Under the pieces are notes generated by a model. That model searched no databases and was not told the DNA's origin. It worked only from the letters and a program-made list of their open reading frames with translations. 64,000 nucleotides of DNA from Bacillota bacterium (GTDB lineage: Bacteria; Bacillota; Clostridia; Christensenellales; UMGS416), in the NCBI GenBank assembly GCA_023410875.1, contig JAEYPH010000043.1, positions 19,096-83,095 on the forward strand, read 5' to 3'. This document shows positions 27,247 through 38,800 of the stretch, piece after piece. Within the stretch, counting starts at the first letter, position 1. Every line of letters starts with the position of its first letter. The translations under genes were made by a program, and so were the position numbers.

Positions 27247-28323
27247 CTAAAGTATGATGAGATTTTTGTCAGATTTAAAAAGGCTCACCCAACCGGAATC
27301 GGTAATCAGACAGGTGTCCTCAATCCTCACGCCGCCAACGCCGGGCAGATAGATGCCGGGCTCCACGGTGATGGCCATGCCGCTCTGAAGCGTTGCCGTG
27401 CTCTTGGGACTCAGTCGCGGGCTTTCGTGGATCTCCAGGCCAAGGCTGTGGCCCAAGCCATGGCCGAAGTTGCTGCCGTATCCGTAAGCCGCGATCAGGT
27501 CGCGGGCCACAGCGTCCACGGCGCGGCAATCGGCGCCGGGGCGCAGCGCCTCGGCGGCCTTGGCCTGTGCCTCCCGCACGATGTTGTATACTTCCTGCAT
27601 CGTGTCCGAAGGGCGGCCCAACGCGAAGGTGCGCGTCATGTCGGCCTTGTAACCCTGGTATTCTGCGCCGAAATCCAGCGTCACCATGTCGCCCTGGCGC
27701 ATGACGCGCTCGCTGGGCACGGCGTGGGGCATGGATCCGTTTTCGCCGGTGGCCACGATGAAATCGAAGCTGGGGCCGGCTTTAAAGCGTCGGGCCATGT
27801 CGTAAATGAGCTCGGTGACAAGGTCGCGCTCGGTTATGCCCGGGCGGGCGATGTCCAGCGCGCGGGTGAACACGGCGTCGGTGATCTCGCAGGCGCGCCT
27901 GAGTGCAGCGATCTCGGCCTCATCCTTGATTTCGCGTAGCTTGGCGCCGATGCCCTGGGAGCTGACCAGCGCCCGGCCTTGCAGAGCCTGCTCGATGGCG
28001 CGCAGTTCGGCCACGGTCAGGTGGTCGTCCTCATAGGCCAGCGTTGCGGCGGTATCGGCCAGCGAAGCCAGCGTGGTCATAAAGCCGTCGAAGCCGCGCT
28101 CCAGGATATCGAACCCCTCGGATTGGCGGTGCGCCTGCTCGGTGTAGCGCGAATCTGTCACGATGACCTGGGCCGAGGAGCTGAAGTACGCGTATCCTTC
28201 GCCGGTGAAGCCGGTGAGATAGCGGATGTTCTGCGGCTTATGCACGACGATGGCGTCGGCTCCCAGGCCCGGCAAGGCCTCCAGCAGCCTGTCCACGCGA
28301 TGTTTCATAGGCGTGTCCTCCAA
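27247..28323 (-). CDS. pepP: Xaa-Pro aminopeptidase (M24B family)
   Basis: Has a creatinase-like N-terminal domain plus the M24 metal ligands (DFGAEYQGYKADMTRT, HGLGHSLGLEIHE, VEPGIY, EDT). The efp-adjacent arrangement is typical. The start may be Met6 (28308). Confidence 0.88.
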   Translation of the reverse strand: MEDTPMKHRVDRLLEALPGLGADAIVVHKPQNIRYLTGFTGEGYAYFSSSAQVIVTDSRYTEQAHRQSEGFDILERGFDGFMTTLASLADTAATLAYEDDHLTVAELRAIEQALQGRALVSSQGIGAKLREIKDEAEIAALRRACEITDAVFTRALDIARPGITERDLVTELIYDMARRFKAGPSFDFIVATGENGSMPHAVPSERVMRQGDMVTLDFGAEYQGYKADMTRTFALGRPSDTMQEVYNIVREAQAKAAEALRPGADCRAVDAVARDLIAAYGYGSNFGHGLGHSLGLEIHESPRLSPKSTATLQSGMAITVEPGIYLPGVGGVRIEDTCLITDSGWVSLFKSDKNLIIL

Positions 28324-28370
28324 GACTTACTCAGAGTAGTATAACACAGAATTACCGGTTGGAACAAGCT

Positions 28371-29249
28371 TCAACCGCCGGAGATTGGCGGATTTGCGCG
28401 GATTTCTTCGTATATTTGCTTCATCCGCAGCGCGTCCGCGGCCATCATGTTCTTGGATTCGCAGATGACCACAGGCGCAAGACCCCGCTCGGAAAGCACC
28501 TGCGCCAGCGGCTCGAAGAACGGCCCGTACACCGTGTCTTCGAAGGTTAGATGCCGCACCTCGCCGGACTTGCCGTACTCAATGTGGCTGAAATGGATGT
28601 GAAACCGCCGGGCCGCCTGCTCGCCCAACGCGCCCTCGATGGCGTCTGTGATGCGCCGGAAATCATCGGCGGTCTTAAGCGTGCCCTGCGTCAGCGCGTT
28701 GATGTGGCCGAAGTCCACCGCCGGCAGCAGCCGTTGCCGGTCGATGGAGCAGATCTGCAGGATCTCGTCCACGGTGCCCTGCTGGTTGAGCTTACCCATT
28801 GTCTCCGGGCACAGCAGCACATCCGGCGCGTCGGAAAGCTCGTCCAGCAGACGCTCGACCTCCCCCATCGTCAGCCGCAGCGCCTGGGCGCGGTCCAGCC
28901 CAGCCACGGAGCCGGGGTGGAACACGACGCGCGTGGCCCCCATCTGAAGTGCCGTGCGCACGCTCCCGATGATGTAGTTGCGAGACTTATCCCGCTGCTC
29001 CTCGCCGGGGCTGCACAGGTTGATGTAATAGGGCGCGTGTACGGACATCGCGATGTCATGAGCCGCCACCTGCTCGCCCAGCAGGCGCGCCTTCTCGTCG
29101 CCGATGTTGATGCCGCGGCCAAAGGAATACTCATAGGCGGACAGCCCCATGGCGCGCAGCCACGCGGGCATCTGATAGCTGTGCTTGAAGCCCTGCTCAT
29201 AAAAGGGTTCCGATATGCCCGAGGGGCCGAACCGAATGTGCTCACTCAC
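28371..29249 (-). CDS. Endonuclease IV-like TIM-barrel protein (AP endonuclease family 2)
   Basis: Blocks HAPYYINLCSP, VVFHPGS, LLCPETMGK, DFGHINA and HIHFSHIEY parallel the Nfo metal-binding blocks. A GTG at 29249 (VSEHIRFGPSG) overlaps the yqeG stop and is the likelier start. The ORF track begins at 29300. Confidence 0.7.
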   Translation of the reverse strand: MSEHIRFGPSGISEPFYEQGFKHSYQMPAWLRAMGLSAYEYSFGRGINIGDEKARLLGEQVAAHDIAMSVHAPYYINLCSPGEEQRDKSRNYIIGSVRTALQMGATRVVFHPGSVAGLDRAQALRLTMGEVERLLDELSDAPDVLLCPETMGKLNQQGTVDEILQICSIDRQRLLPAVDFGHINALTQGTLKTADDFRRITDAIEGALGEQAARRFHIHFSHIEYGKSGEVRHLTFEDTVYGPFFEPLAQVLSERGLAPVVICESKNMMAADALRMKQIYEEIRANPPISGG

Positions 29250-29754
29250 CGCTGCGCTGTGCCTCTGTGATGACGGTCGTCTGGCCGGTGCGCCGCTCAA
29301 AGCGGCGCATGAACCGGGTCCATTTGTGCTCCCGCTGGGAAAGCGGTTTCACGAGGATCGTGCGAATGCCCATCAGATTCGCCCCAAGAATGTCGGTAAA
29401 GATCTGATCGCCAACCAGTACGCATTGATTGCGATGGGCGTCAACGGTGCGAAGTGCCCGCAGATAACCGCCAAGGAAGGGTTTGCAGGCGTTCCAAACA
29501 CCCTTCACCTGCAGCATGCCGGCCAGGCGCTCGATGCGCCAGCGGTGGTTGTTGGAAATGATGCAGATCTTGTAGCCCAGTGCCTTGGCAGATTCCACCC
29601 AAGAGCGGGTCCTGTCCTCGATGTCGAAAGTGTGCCAGGGAACCACGGTGTTGTCCATGTCCAGCAGCAGCGTGTCCATGCCCTGCAGGCGCAGGGATTC
29701 CAGGTCGATTGCGGACACATGCTCCACCTTGCACCAAGGCTCCAACAGCTTCAT
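29242..29754 (-). CDS. yqeG: YqeG-family HAD-IIIA phosphatase
   Basis: LLLDMDNTVVPW...ICIISNN...GVWNACKPF...VLVGDQIFTDILGANLMGIRTILVKPL. Confidence 0.85.
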   Translation of the reverse strand: MKLLEPWCKVEHVSAIDLESLRLQGMDTLLLDMDNTVVPWHTFDIEDRTRSWVESAKALGYKICIISNNHRWRIERLAGMLQVKGVWNACKPFLGGYLRALRTVDAHRNQCVLVGDQIFTDILGANLMGIRTILVKPLSQREHKWTRFMRRFERRTGQTTVITEAQRSGE

Positions 29755-29806
29755 AGGCTCCCCTTTGAGCGTTACTTTGCGCCGCTACGCAAGCGCGCAT
29801 ACATTA

Positions 29807-29835
29807 AATGATAGTAAATGCGCGGTAAATTGTCA
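29807..29835 (-). promoter_or_regulatory. SigA-type promoter upstream of yqeG
   Basis: Minus strand reads TTGACA, a 17-nt spacer, then TATCAT. It lies about 50 nt upstream of the yqeG ATG. Confidence 0.5.
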
Positions 29836-29881
29836 AACGATTCATAACCTTGACCGATGGAAATCAACAACTCAAATCAGC

Positions 29882-32245
29882 TCAATTCCACTGCCAAAAT
29901 TGTTTTACGCTGCGCTCAACTTCTCTGCTGCCGGCGCAGCGCCGCACCGGCTTCCACCATTCGGGCGTCAGCTCGTCGTATTTCTGCCAGCCGAAGCGGC
30001 GGTCCAGCAGCAGCGCCACGCCGCGGTCGTCGCCGCTGCGGATGAGCCGCCCCACCGCTTGCAGCACGCGGCCCATGCCGGGTATCGTGTAGGCATAGTC
30101 ATAGCCCGGTTCGTTGCGCTCGTCGTGGTACTGCTGGATCAGGCTGCGCTCCAGGCTGATCTGCGGGATGCCCACGCCCACGATCGCCACACCGATGACG
30201 CGCTCTCCGGTCAGGTCAATGCCCTCGCCGAAGATGCCCCCCATGACAGCGAAGGCCGCCATGCCGCCCTCATGCTCGCCGTCGAAATAGGCCAGAAACG
30301 CCGCGCGCTCCCGCTCGCTCATGCCCGACGCTTGCATCGGTGCGAAGACCTGTGGATTGCGCTCAGAAAACAACTGATGGGCCTTGGCCATGTATTGATA
30401 GGATGGGAAGAAGACCAGATAGTTGCCCACTCTGCCGCCGACGAAGGCGCTCAGCGCGTCCACCAGAGCGCTCAGCGACCCGTCGCGGCGGGCGTAGGTC
30501 GTGTCGATGGGCGCCATGCTGACCTGCAGATTCTCGTGGGGGTAAGGTGAGGGCAGCATCAGGAAGCTGGCCTCGGCGCTGCCGCCAATCAGCCGGGCGT
30601 AGTAGCCGAAGGGTGTCAGCGTGGCCGAATAGAACACCGCGCCGTGCACGCGCTCCATGACCTCGCGCAGTTCTTTTGAAGGGTCCAGGCAGCGCAGGTT
30701 CAGTTCCAGCGCGTCCTCCCGGCGGCGCAGGATCACCCGGTAGCACTCGTCGAAGCGCTCGGCCACGGCCAGGAAGGTCCGCACCATGAAATAAAGGTTC
30801 AGGAGCTCGTCGCTGGCCTCGGAGGCCTGGGCCATCAGCACCGGCTCGGCGCAGGCCAGTGCCTCCTGGGCCGCGTCCACGATGGATTTGGGCGGCGAGG
30901 GCAGCGGCACTTCCTCGTTGCCATGCAGCTCCTCCCGTTGGGCCAGCAAGGCGTCCAGCAGCGCTTGTGTCGCGGCGGCCAGGTCGTCCATCGCGGCGTC
31001 GAAGCTCATCAGCGGCAGCGAGCGCAGGAAAACCCCGCAGGTCATCTCGTCCAGCACGGCGCTGAACATGTCGCGGGCGCGGTCTATGAGGTTGTGGGCC
31101 TCGTCCACCAGCAGCTGATAGTCGCCGCCACGGTCGAAGAAGCGTTGGTAGCGCACCCGCGGGTCAAAGACGTTGTTGTAGTCGCAGATCACGACGTCGC
31201 AGATTTCCGCCAGGAACAGCGACAGCTCATGGGGGCATAGGTTGTGCCTGTGCGCCAGCCTCTCCACGAACGCGGTGTCCATGTGGCCGATGGGCGGCGC
31301 CTCATCCAGCGCGCCCCACAGCCGGTCATAGAAGCCCGCCGCCCGGGGGCAGAACTCCGGGTTGCACGGCGTGCCCTCGGGCATCGGGCACAGCTTGTCC
31401 TTGGCGCTCATCGTGATGCTCCGCAGCGGGAAACCTTTGCCGATCAGCCGTATCAGTGCCTCTTCGGCGATGCGCTTGACCGGGTTGCGGGCGGTCAGGT
31501 AGAAGAGCTTTTCACAGTGGCCGTCGGCCATGGCCTTCACCGCCGGGAACAGCGCCCCCATGGTCTTGCCGATGCCCGTAGGCGCGCACACGTACAGCAG
31601 GTCGCCGCTGCGCACGTGGTCGTACACGGCCTCGATCATTTCTTTCTGGCCTGGGCGGATGTCGGTAAAGGGGAAGCCCATGGCGCGGATGGCCTCGGCG
31701 CTTTCACGCAGGCGTTTGGCCTCGCGGTCGGCGCCGGTCAGCCAGCGCTGGCACAAGTCCTGCAGCCACTCCTGCAGTTCCGCAGCCGCATAGCGGCGGG
31801 GGTAGCGCGCCGTGGCCTCGCTGCCCAGTTGCACGTAAACGAGCTCTATGGTGATTTCCGCAAGCCCGTTCTGAAGGCTGTAGATGGCGCCATAGCACTT
31901 GGCCTGGGCCCAGTGCACCGGCACACCATCAAAATCCGGCCGCAGCACGCCGCGCACGGATTTGATCTCCTCTATCGTCACGCTGTCGCCGTCGGTGATC
32001 AGACCGTCGATGCGCCCGAACAGCTGCAGCGCCGTGAGCTCGCCGTCGAAGGCGGCGTTCACAGACACCTCGGAGCGATAGTTGTCGCCGCGGTCGGCCT
32101 GCACGCGCTTATGGATGCGGGTGCCCTCCACGGCGCGCAGCGGCGAAGAGGCCGACGCCGAGAGGTCGCCCTCCAGAAACATTCCCTCGACGAACTCCCG
32201 TATGGACAGCCGGGTGATCTTCTTTTGCATACCGTTTTCTGTCAT
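29882..32245 (-). CDS. DinG/XPD-like ATP-dependent helicase with N-terminal PD-(D/E)XK-like nuclease region
   Basis: 787 aa. Walker A is VCAPTGIGKT. The Fe-S Cys cluster is CPMPEGTPCNPEFCPRAAGFYDRL, followed by DEAHNL. C-terminal helicase motifs are FGEGIDLTG and QAVGRLIRS. Confidence 0.8.
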   Translation of the reverse strand: MTENGMQKKITRLSIREFVEGMFLEGDLSASASSPLRAVEGTRIHKRVQADRGDNYRSEVSVNAAFDGELTALQLFGRIDGLITDGDSVTIEEIKSVRGVLRPDFDGVPVHWAQAKCYGAIYSLQNGLAEITIELVYVQLGSEATARYPRRYAAAELQEWLQDLCQRWLTGADREAKRLRESAEAIRAMGFPFTDIRPGQKEMIEAVYDHVRSGDLLYVCAPTGIGKTMGALFPAVKAMADGHCEKLFYLTARNPVKRIAEEALIRLIGKGFPLRSITMSAKDKLCPMPEGTPCNPEFCPRAAGFYDRLWGALDEAPPIGHMDTAFVERLAHRHNLCPHELSLFLAEICDVVICDYNNVFDPRVRYQRFFDRGGDYQLLVDEAHNLIDRARDMFSAVLDEMTCGVFLRSLPLMSFDAAMDDLAAATQALLDALLAQREELHGNEEVPLPSPPKSIVDAAQEALACAEPVLMAQASEASDELLNLYFMVRTFLAVAERFDECYRVILRRREDALELNLRCLDPSKELREVMERVHGAVFYSATLTPFGYYARLIGGSAEASFLMLPSPYPHENLQVSMAPIDTTYARRDGSLSALVDALSAFVGGRVGNYLVFFPSYQYMAKAHQLFSERNPQVFAPMQASGMSERERAAFLAYFDGEHEGGMAAFAVMGGIFGEGIDLTGERVIGVAIVGVGIPQISLERSLIQQYHDERNEPGYDYAYTIPGMGRVLQAVGRLIRSGDDRGVALLLDRRFGWQKYDELTPEWWKPVRRCAGSREVERSVKQFWQWN

Positions 32246-32299
32246 CGCGATATTATAACACCGGGGAAGGGCAGTGAACAGGCGAACAAAGGCTGTAGC

Positions 32300-35200
32300 T
32301 TAGAAGACCCGCACCTCCTGCTGGATGGACAGCAGGTACAAATAGGCCTCCCCCACCGTCGCGCCGGTGATTTGTATCAATGCCTTGGCGTAGACGTCCA
32401 GCTGGGGACGGTAGAACGTCGCGATGTCCTCGGCAGTGTGGGCATCGTCCACGCGGTTGGTCTTGTAGTCCAGCAGCACCCAGTGGTCGCCCTCGCGGAA
32501 GCAGCAGTCGATGATGCCCTGCACGAGGATGGATTCCCGGCTGGTTTCCGCGACCAGCGCGCCGTCGCGCTCCCGGGTGAACACCTCCGACGCCGGCAGT
32601 GAAAGGTTGAAGGGCAGCTCCCGCAGCACCTGCGGCGAGCGCAGGATGCGCGCGGCGATGCCGCTGCGCAGGAAGCCCGTAATCCACCTGAGATCGATGA
32701 CCTGGGACGCCTGCTCAGGCAGCAGACCGCGCTCCTCCAGCGCCGCGACGACGCCGGGCACGGCCTCGGGCTTCGTGTCAAAGGGGATCAGCTGCAGCAC
32801 CGTGTGGGCGAAGGTGCCCCGGTCGGTGGCGCTGTAGCTGGTTTTCTCCTCCAAAAACGCCGGCTTGCGACGGATCTCCGGCGCGGGGATGGGGCCGCGC
32901 CAGTTGCGCTGCTTATCCAGCAGCGACGTGGCCGACACCTTGCCCGGCAGCGCCGAGCCGTCGCCATAGGAATACTGCCAATCGTAAGCCTCATGCAGCT
33001 CGTCGGATACCCGCACATCCTCCAGCTGATCCATCAGGCCGCGCAGCGCCGCAGCCCGGTCCGCCCGCTGGGGCCGGTCGGCGGCGATGCTCTGGGCCGG
33101 CACCACATGGCACGCCCAGGCTGGCGCGGGGAGCGCCGGCGGCCGGTGGTCCAGCGCGTCGCGCAGCGGCCCTTCGCAGCGCACAGCCATGGAGCCGATC
33201 CAATCCAGCCAGCTGCGGCCCCGATCCCGCAGCATGGTCGGGGAAAGCGGCATGGCCCATCCCGGCAGCTTCTTGGAGAGGTCATGCATGGTGCCCACGA
33301 GGATCAGCCGCTCCCGAGCCCGGGTCAGCGCCACATACAGCATGCGCATCTCCTCGCTCAGCGTGTCCGCGAGGCCGCGCACGGCAATGGCCTCGTGGGC
33401 CATCGTGTTGCCGCGGGTGCGCCGCTCGCGGTTCAGGCAGCGGGGCCCTAGGCCCAGCTGGCCGTGCAGCAGTATGTCCTCGCGGGTATCCATCAGATTG
33501 ATTCTCTTGCCCAGATTGCCGACAATGACAACCGGAAACTCCAGCCCCTTGGATTTGTGCACGCTCATGATCGTCACAGCGCCCAGCGCTTGCCCGCTGC
33601 GGCTGGTGCGGGCCCCTCCGGCCTCCAGCCGTTCCAGGCTCTGCAGAAAATCATAGAGCCCCGCCGCATAGCCTCGGGCCAGCGTGGCCAGCGTACGAAG
33701 GTTGGCCTGGCGAGCCTCGCCGTCGGGCAAAGTGCCCGCATATTCCAGAAAGCCCGTGTCATCGTAGATGCGGTACAGCAGCTTCTCGATGTCGGCGTGG
33801 CGGGCATAGGCGCGCCAGAAGGACACCTTGTGCAAGAAGTCCTTCAGCCGGTCGGCCAGGTCGCCGGTCTCCCGGGCGCTATAGCGCTCCACCGCCGAGG
33901 CGAAGGAGCCGTCGGGATACAGGCCGCGCACCTCCACGAGGTCGTGGAGCGCGAAGTTGCCCAGCGCCGAATACAGGCTGCTCAGCAGCTCATAATCCCG
34001 CGCGCCGTTGTCCACCAGCCGCAGCAGGTTGACGGCCAGCTGCACCTCCAGCTCCTCGCAGAAGCTGCTCTCGGCCTCGGTGTACACCGGTATGCCGGCC
34101 CTGCGCAGCACTTCTGCATAGACGGGAGCCACATTGCGGATGGCCCGCAGTAGCACGGTGATGTCGCCATAGCTCGCCGGGCGGAAAAGCCCGGTCTTGC
34201 CGTTCCAAATCTGTGAACCCACCGCGCGCTTGATCTCGCCGGCCACCACGGTGGCCTCGCGCTCCAATTGTATCAGTTCCTCCAGCCGGGTCAGCTCCTC
34301 CTCGCCGCGGCCTGCGTTGTCTATGAGGATCAGCCGGTTGGCCTCCGGCAGCGCCACCGGCGGCTGCGGCGCGCCCAGCACCAGCCGCTCCGCCGGGCCA
34401 TAGGCCACGTCGCCCAGCCGCTCGCTCATCAGGTGCTCAAAGAGGAAGTTGACCAAGTTCACGACTGCTGCGCTGCTGCGGAAGTTGGCCGACAGGTCGA
34501 TGCGGCGCTCGGCGGCGTTCTCCTCATAGGAGCTTTGCGCCAGCCGGTCGATGAACAGCCGGGGCTCCGCCGAGCGGAAGCGGTAGATGCTCTGCTTGAC
34601 GTCCCCCACGCAGAAGAACGCGCCCGGCATGCTGACGCGACGCAGGATCGCGTCCTGTATGGGGCTGATGTCCTGGTATTCATCCACAAACACACGGGGA
34701 TAGGCGCTGCGAACGTCCTCGCATACGGCATCGTCGGCCAGCACCGCCAGCGCCAGATGCTCCAGGTCGGAGAAGTCCAGTATGTTCTGCGCGCGCTTTT
34801 CCGCCGTATAGGCGGTGTCGAAGGCAAGCGTCAAATCCCGCAGCGCTGCCATCTGCGTGGCCATGGCGGCGGTGTTGGAGGCCAGCGCGTCGGGGTCCGC
34901 CACCAGGGGGTTCTTGGCTTTCATGTTGGCGATGGTGTTTTTGGCGTGATCCCGCAGTTCCTTGGCGGCTTCGCTGAGCGCGGTCTTTTCCGCCGCCTTC
35001 ATGGCGGGCATGCGGCCGAAGCTCGCGCTGTTCAGCACCGCGCACAGCGCGCTCAATCCGCCGGAGGCCAAAGCGGCCCGCAGTGCCTCTATCGTGGCCT
35101 GGTCCTCCCGGAAGCGCTCCAGATAGCGCGCGGGGCCTTGGGGCAAGTTTGCCAGCTCCATGGCCTCGGCGATGGATGCCGTCGCCAGATCCAGCTCCTC

Positions 35201-35839
35201 GGCCAGTGCTTCCAACAGCACCGCCAGCCAGGGCGTGTCCGCCGCATCGACAAAGGTAAACATGGCCACCTTGCCGTCCAACCAGCGCTGCCAGTGGGGG
35301 TGGTTGCGCGCCGCGCGGTACACGCGGGTTACCAGCTTTTCCAGACCGCTGCCGTCGTTGCCGCCCCAGCAGTCGGCCAGCTCCAAAAAGGGGGCTTCGC
35401 CCCGTTCAAAGGCCTCATCTATGGTGTCGCTCAGGGCCTGGGCGAACAGCGCGTCGGTGACGGCCTGCTCCTCGGTGCGAAAGCCCGGCTCCAGCGCGAT
35501 GATGTGGCCGTAGCGGCCCAGCAGCACCGAGCAGAAGCCGTGCAGCGTGCCGATCTGTGCACGGTCCACCCGCAAGGCTTGGGCGCGCAGGCGCTTGTTG
35601 TCGCGGTCCTCGGCCATCGCCTGTTCCAGCCGCGCCACGATGCGCGTGCGCATCTCCGCGGCGGCGGCGCGGGTGAAGGTGCAGATCAGCATGCGGTCGA
35701 TGTCTGCGCCGTCTTGCAGGATCAGGCTGCAGATGCGCTCCACGAGTACGGCCGTCTTGCCGCTGCCCGCGGCGGCGCTCACGACCAGGTTGCTGCCCCG
35801 GGCAGTGATAACGTTATTCTGCGCTTCCGTCCAACGCAT
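32300..35839 (-). CDS. addA: Helicase-nuclease AddAB, subunit AddA
   Basis: 1179 aa. MRWTEAQNNVITARGSNLVVSAAAGSGKTAVLVERI shows the UvrD-like motifs. The C-terminal RecB-type nuclease region is GIIDCCF...LLDYKTN. Confidence 0.95.
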   Translation of the reverse strand: MRWTEAQNNVITARGSNLVVSAAAGSGKTAVLVERICSLILQDGADIDRMLICTFTRAAAAEMRTRIVARLEQAMAEDRDNKRLRAQALRVDRAQIGTLHGFCSVLLGRYGHIIALEPGFRTEEQAVTDALFAQALSDTIDEAFERGEAPFLELADCWGGNDGSGLEKLVTRVYRAARNHPHWQRWLDGKVAMFTFVDAADTPWLAVLLEALAEELDLATASIAEAMELANLPQGPARYLERFREDQATIEALRAALASGGLSALCAVLNSASFGRMPAMKAAEKTALSEAAKELRDHAKNTIANMKAKNPLVADPDALASNTAAMATQMAALRDLTLAFDTAYTAEKRAQNILDFSDLEHLALAVLADDAVCEDVRSAYPRVFVDEYQDISPIQDAILRRVSMPGAFFCVGDVKQSIYRFRSAEPRLFIDRLAQSSYEENAAERRIDLSANFRSSAAVVNLVNFLFEHLMSERLGDVAYGPAERLVLGAPQPPVALPEANRLILIDNAGRGEEELTRLEELIQLEREATVVAGEIKRAVGSQIWNGKTGLFRPASYGDITVLLRAIRNVAPVYAEVLRRAGIPVYTEAESSFCEELEVQLAVNLLRLVDNGARDYELLSSLYSALGNFALHDLVEVRGLYPDGSFASAVERYSARETGDLADRLKDFLHKVSFWRAYARHADIEKLLYRIYDDTGFLEYAGTLPDGEARQANLRTLATLARGYAAGLYDFLQSLERLEAGGARTSRSGQALGAVTIMSVHKSKGLEFPVVIVGNLGKRINLMDTREDILLHGQLGLGPRCLNRERRTRGNTMAHEAIAVRGLADTLSEEMRMLYVALTRARERLILVGTMHDLSKKLPGWAMPLSPTMLRDRGRSWLDWIGSMAVRCEGPLRDALDHRPPALPAPAWACHVVPAQSIAADRPQRADRAAALRGLMDQLEDVRVSDELHEAYDWQYSYGDGSALPGKVSATSLLDKQRNWRGPIPAPEIRRKPAFLEEKTSYSATDRGTFAHTVLQLIPFDTKPEAVPGVVAALEERGLLPEQASQVIDLRWITGFLRSGIAARILRSPQVLRELPFNLSLPASEVFTRERDGALVAETSRESILVQGIIDCCFREGDHWVLLDYKTNRVDDAHTAEDIATFYRPQLDVYAKALIQITGATVGEAYLYLLSIQQEVRVF

Positions 35840-38800
35840 CGTCTGCCCTCCCCTTGATTCTCTCGTCGATCTTCAGCATCGCCTCATCCTTTGTCAGCAG
35901 CTCCCGATACTTCTTGGGGTCTGCCAGCTCGAAGCGGCACAACGCGCCGTAGGCGCAGCTCTCGCAGGCGATGCTCTTGCCAGCCCGCCACGGCCGCGTG
36001 GCCACGCAGCCCCGGCGCATCTCCCCCACCGCCCGGGCGGCATGTTCGGCCACCATGTCCAGCACGGCCTTGCCCACCGGCGGCTCCAGCAGGCCGCTAC
36101 CCCGCTGCGTGTTAAAGTTGTAAAGCAGCGAACGCCCATTCTCCGTGGCATTGTCCATGGCCGCGGGGATGCCGTCGGCGTTCAGGCACCAGCCCTTCAG
36201 TCGCAGCTTCTCGCGGCGCTGGGCGTCGGGCTCACCCTCATCCACCCAGGGGTCTATGAGCGGGAAGATATAGGCCGCCGCCGGCACCGCCGGGCGGCCT
36301 TTTACGCCGCCCCACACGCCGCACAGCGCCCACAGGTATAGCCACGTCTGCACGTTGAGGCCGTTGACGGCCTTGGCCACGTCGATGTCGTAGGCGCCGC
36401 TCTTGTAGTCGATAACCCGCAGCAGATCGGCCCCCTCGCCGCGCAGCACATCCAGCCGGTCGATGCGGCCCTGCAGGAAGGCTTGGCGGTCCTCCGTGGG
36501 CAGTGCCGCCGCCGGGATGCCGCCGCGGCCAAAGCGCACCTCCTGCGAATAGGGCACAAAGGCTCCCTGGGCCATCTGGGCGGCGAAGGTCTCGGCGGCC
36601 AAAGCGCACACGCGCTGCAGGTTGGCGCCGGTCCAGCGCAGGCGGGCGTCGCTCTGCAGCAGCCCGTATTGGAACTCCTGGGCAAGTGCTGTGGTCTGGG
36701 CCCGCATCAGCGCCGGTGCCTGCTCCTTGAGCGCGGCGGCGTCGCCGCACAGCGGCAGCGCCTGCCGGGCGAAGCCTTCCAGCGCCGCATGCAGAAAGAT
36801 GCCGGCAACAGCGCGCTCCAGCCCCCGCTGCCGCCATTCCTCGGGCCTCAGGCCGAAATCCACGAAGTGGCGGAACGGGCACGCGTGGAAGCTCTCCAAC
36901 TGGCTGGCCGTCACCGAAGCGGCGTTCAGCGTGAGCGCCGCCGCAGGCAGGTACTCCGCCTCCTCGCCATCCTGCAGCTCCCGCAGCAGGCGCTGGACCC
37001 GCTCGGCGTAGCCAGGTGATTCCAGATACCACCTGAGCCGCTCCAGCTGGCCGGCAGTGGGCCGCAGGCCCTCGGCGATGGCCCGCAGCCGCGCCGGCAG
37101 CCGCGGGTACTCCGCCGCCGCGGAGGGCGTGGCATCCCGCAGGTCGGCTGCCGCCACGATGTCCTCGGGTTGCAGGTTCAACAGCTGCGCCATGCGCCGG
37201 AAGGTCGCGTCGGGCTCGGCCTCCGCGCCGGCGGCGGTGCTGGCGGCATAGCTCACATACAGGCTGGCGGAGCCCTTGGTCACGGTCTTATAGAGCTCAA
37301 AGCGCCGCTGGGCGTCCTTGACCTGAGAGCTCTGGCCGGCGTTCACGCCCAGCGTCAGCAGCGTGTCCAGGTCGCGCTCGGAGAGGATACCCCCTTCGGC
37401 CTTGGGCTCCAGCATGCCCTCACCTGCGCCCAGGATCAGCATGTGCCGCACGTCCCCCAGCCGCACGCGGCCCAGGTTGCCGGCCTGCACCTGGTCCACA
37501 CCGGTGGGCAGTATGCCGACCTCCATAGAGGCAAAGCCGCTCTGCAGGATCGCGTGCAGCTGACCAGCATCCAGAGGCTGGTCGTCGATGATCAGGCTCA
37601 GCTGGTCCAGCACGTCCAGTATCGCATTCCACACGCGTTCGGTCACTGCGGCCTCTTCCAACAGGCCGGTGCGCTTGAGGATGGCCGCCTGCTCGTCCAG
37701 CGCCTCGTCTAAGCGCAGGCCTTCCAGCACAGCATAGACGGCCCGAGCCCAGCGGTCCGCTGTGGCGGTGCGCCCGCCGGCGTGCTTCTGCAACGCGGCG
37801 GCCAGGTCATGCACCGCGCGGCGCATGCGGTTGAGCGCCGGCAGGTCATATTCCCCCTGCCCCTTTACCCAATCCCGCGACCACGCGCGCATGCCCCGGG
37901 GCGCGAAAGCGGTCAGATAGACCTCCAGAATATCCTCGTCGGCGGGGTGGAACTTCAGACACCCGGTCTTGACCAGCCGCAGCACGTCGGCGTTGCGGAA
38001 CTGCTGCTCCAGCACCTTGATGAGGCTCAGCACAAAGCGCACCGCCGGATGGCGCAGCACCTCCCGCCGCCGGTCGATGAACACGGGGATGTCATATTGC
38101 CCGAAGACCCGCTCAATCAGCGGCCCGTAGGCCCGGGGGTCGGCGCATTGCACGGCGAACTGCCGCCAGTGCAGGCTGCTGTCGGCGCGGGTCTTGCCCA
38201 GTATCCACGCCGCAGCGGCCTCCACCTCTTCCACGGCGTCTTCGGCGCGGCACAGCATTACGTCGCCCTGCCATTGGGCGCTGTCGGCCGGGTGGGCGAA
38301 CAGCGTGTGCTCCAGGTGGGCGATGTCCGGCGGCATAGGCTGCATGCGGTCGTCGCGGCGCAGGCGGACCCATTGCACCGCTGCACCCATGTCTCTGACC
38401 AGCTCGGTCAGCCGCGCCACGTTGTCGCGGCTGCAGTGGAACAGTTCGCCGTCGGCTGCGTCCTCGGTATCAAAATCCTGCGTGAGCGTGACCACGCCGC
38501 CCACGGCCAGCAGTTGCTGTATCATGCGGCACTGCTGGGGGCTCAGGTAATCGAAGCCATCGAAATAGAACGGACAGCCCTGCAAAAAGCCTGCCTCGGA
38601 AATGCGCTCGATGAAGCGGTTGAAACGGCTGTCCTCGTCGGTGAAGCGCCGGGAGGCCAGGTAATCGTCATATTGGCGGCTGATGGCGGCGATGTCCTCG
38701 GCTTTGGCCCGCAATGTGCCGGTGAGTCCTGCGGTCTTGGCCAGCAGGTCGTCGGCGGTCACGTCGAACTGGCGGAAGCCCCGCAGCAGCTGCACCATCT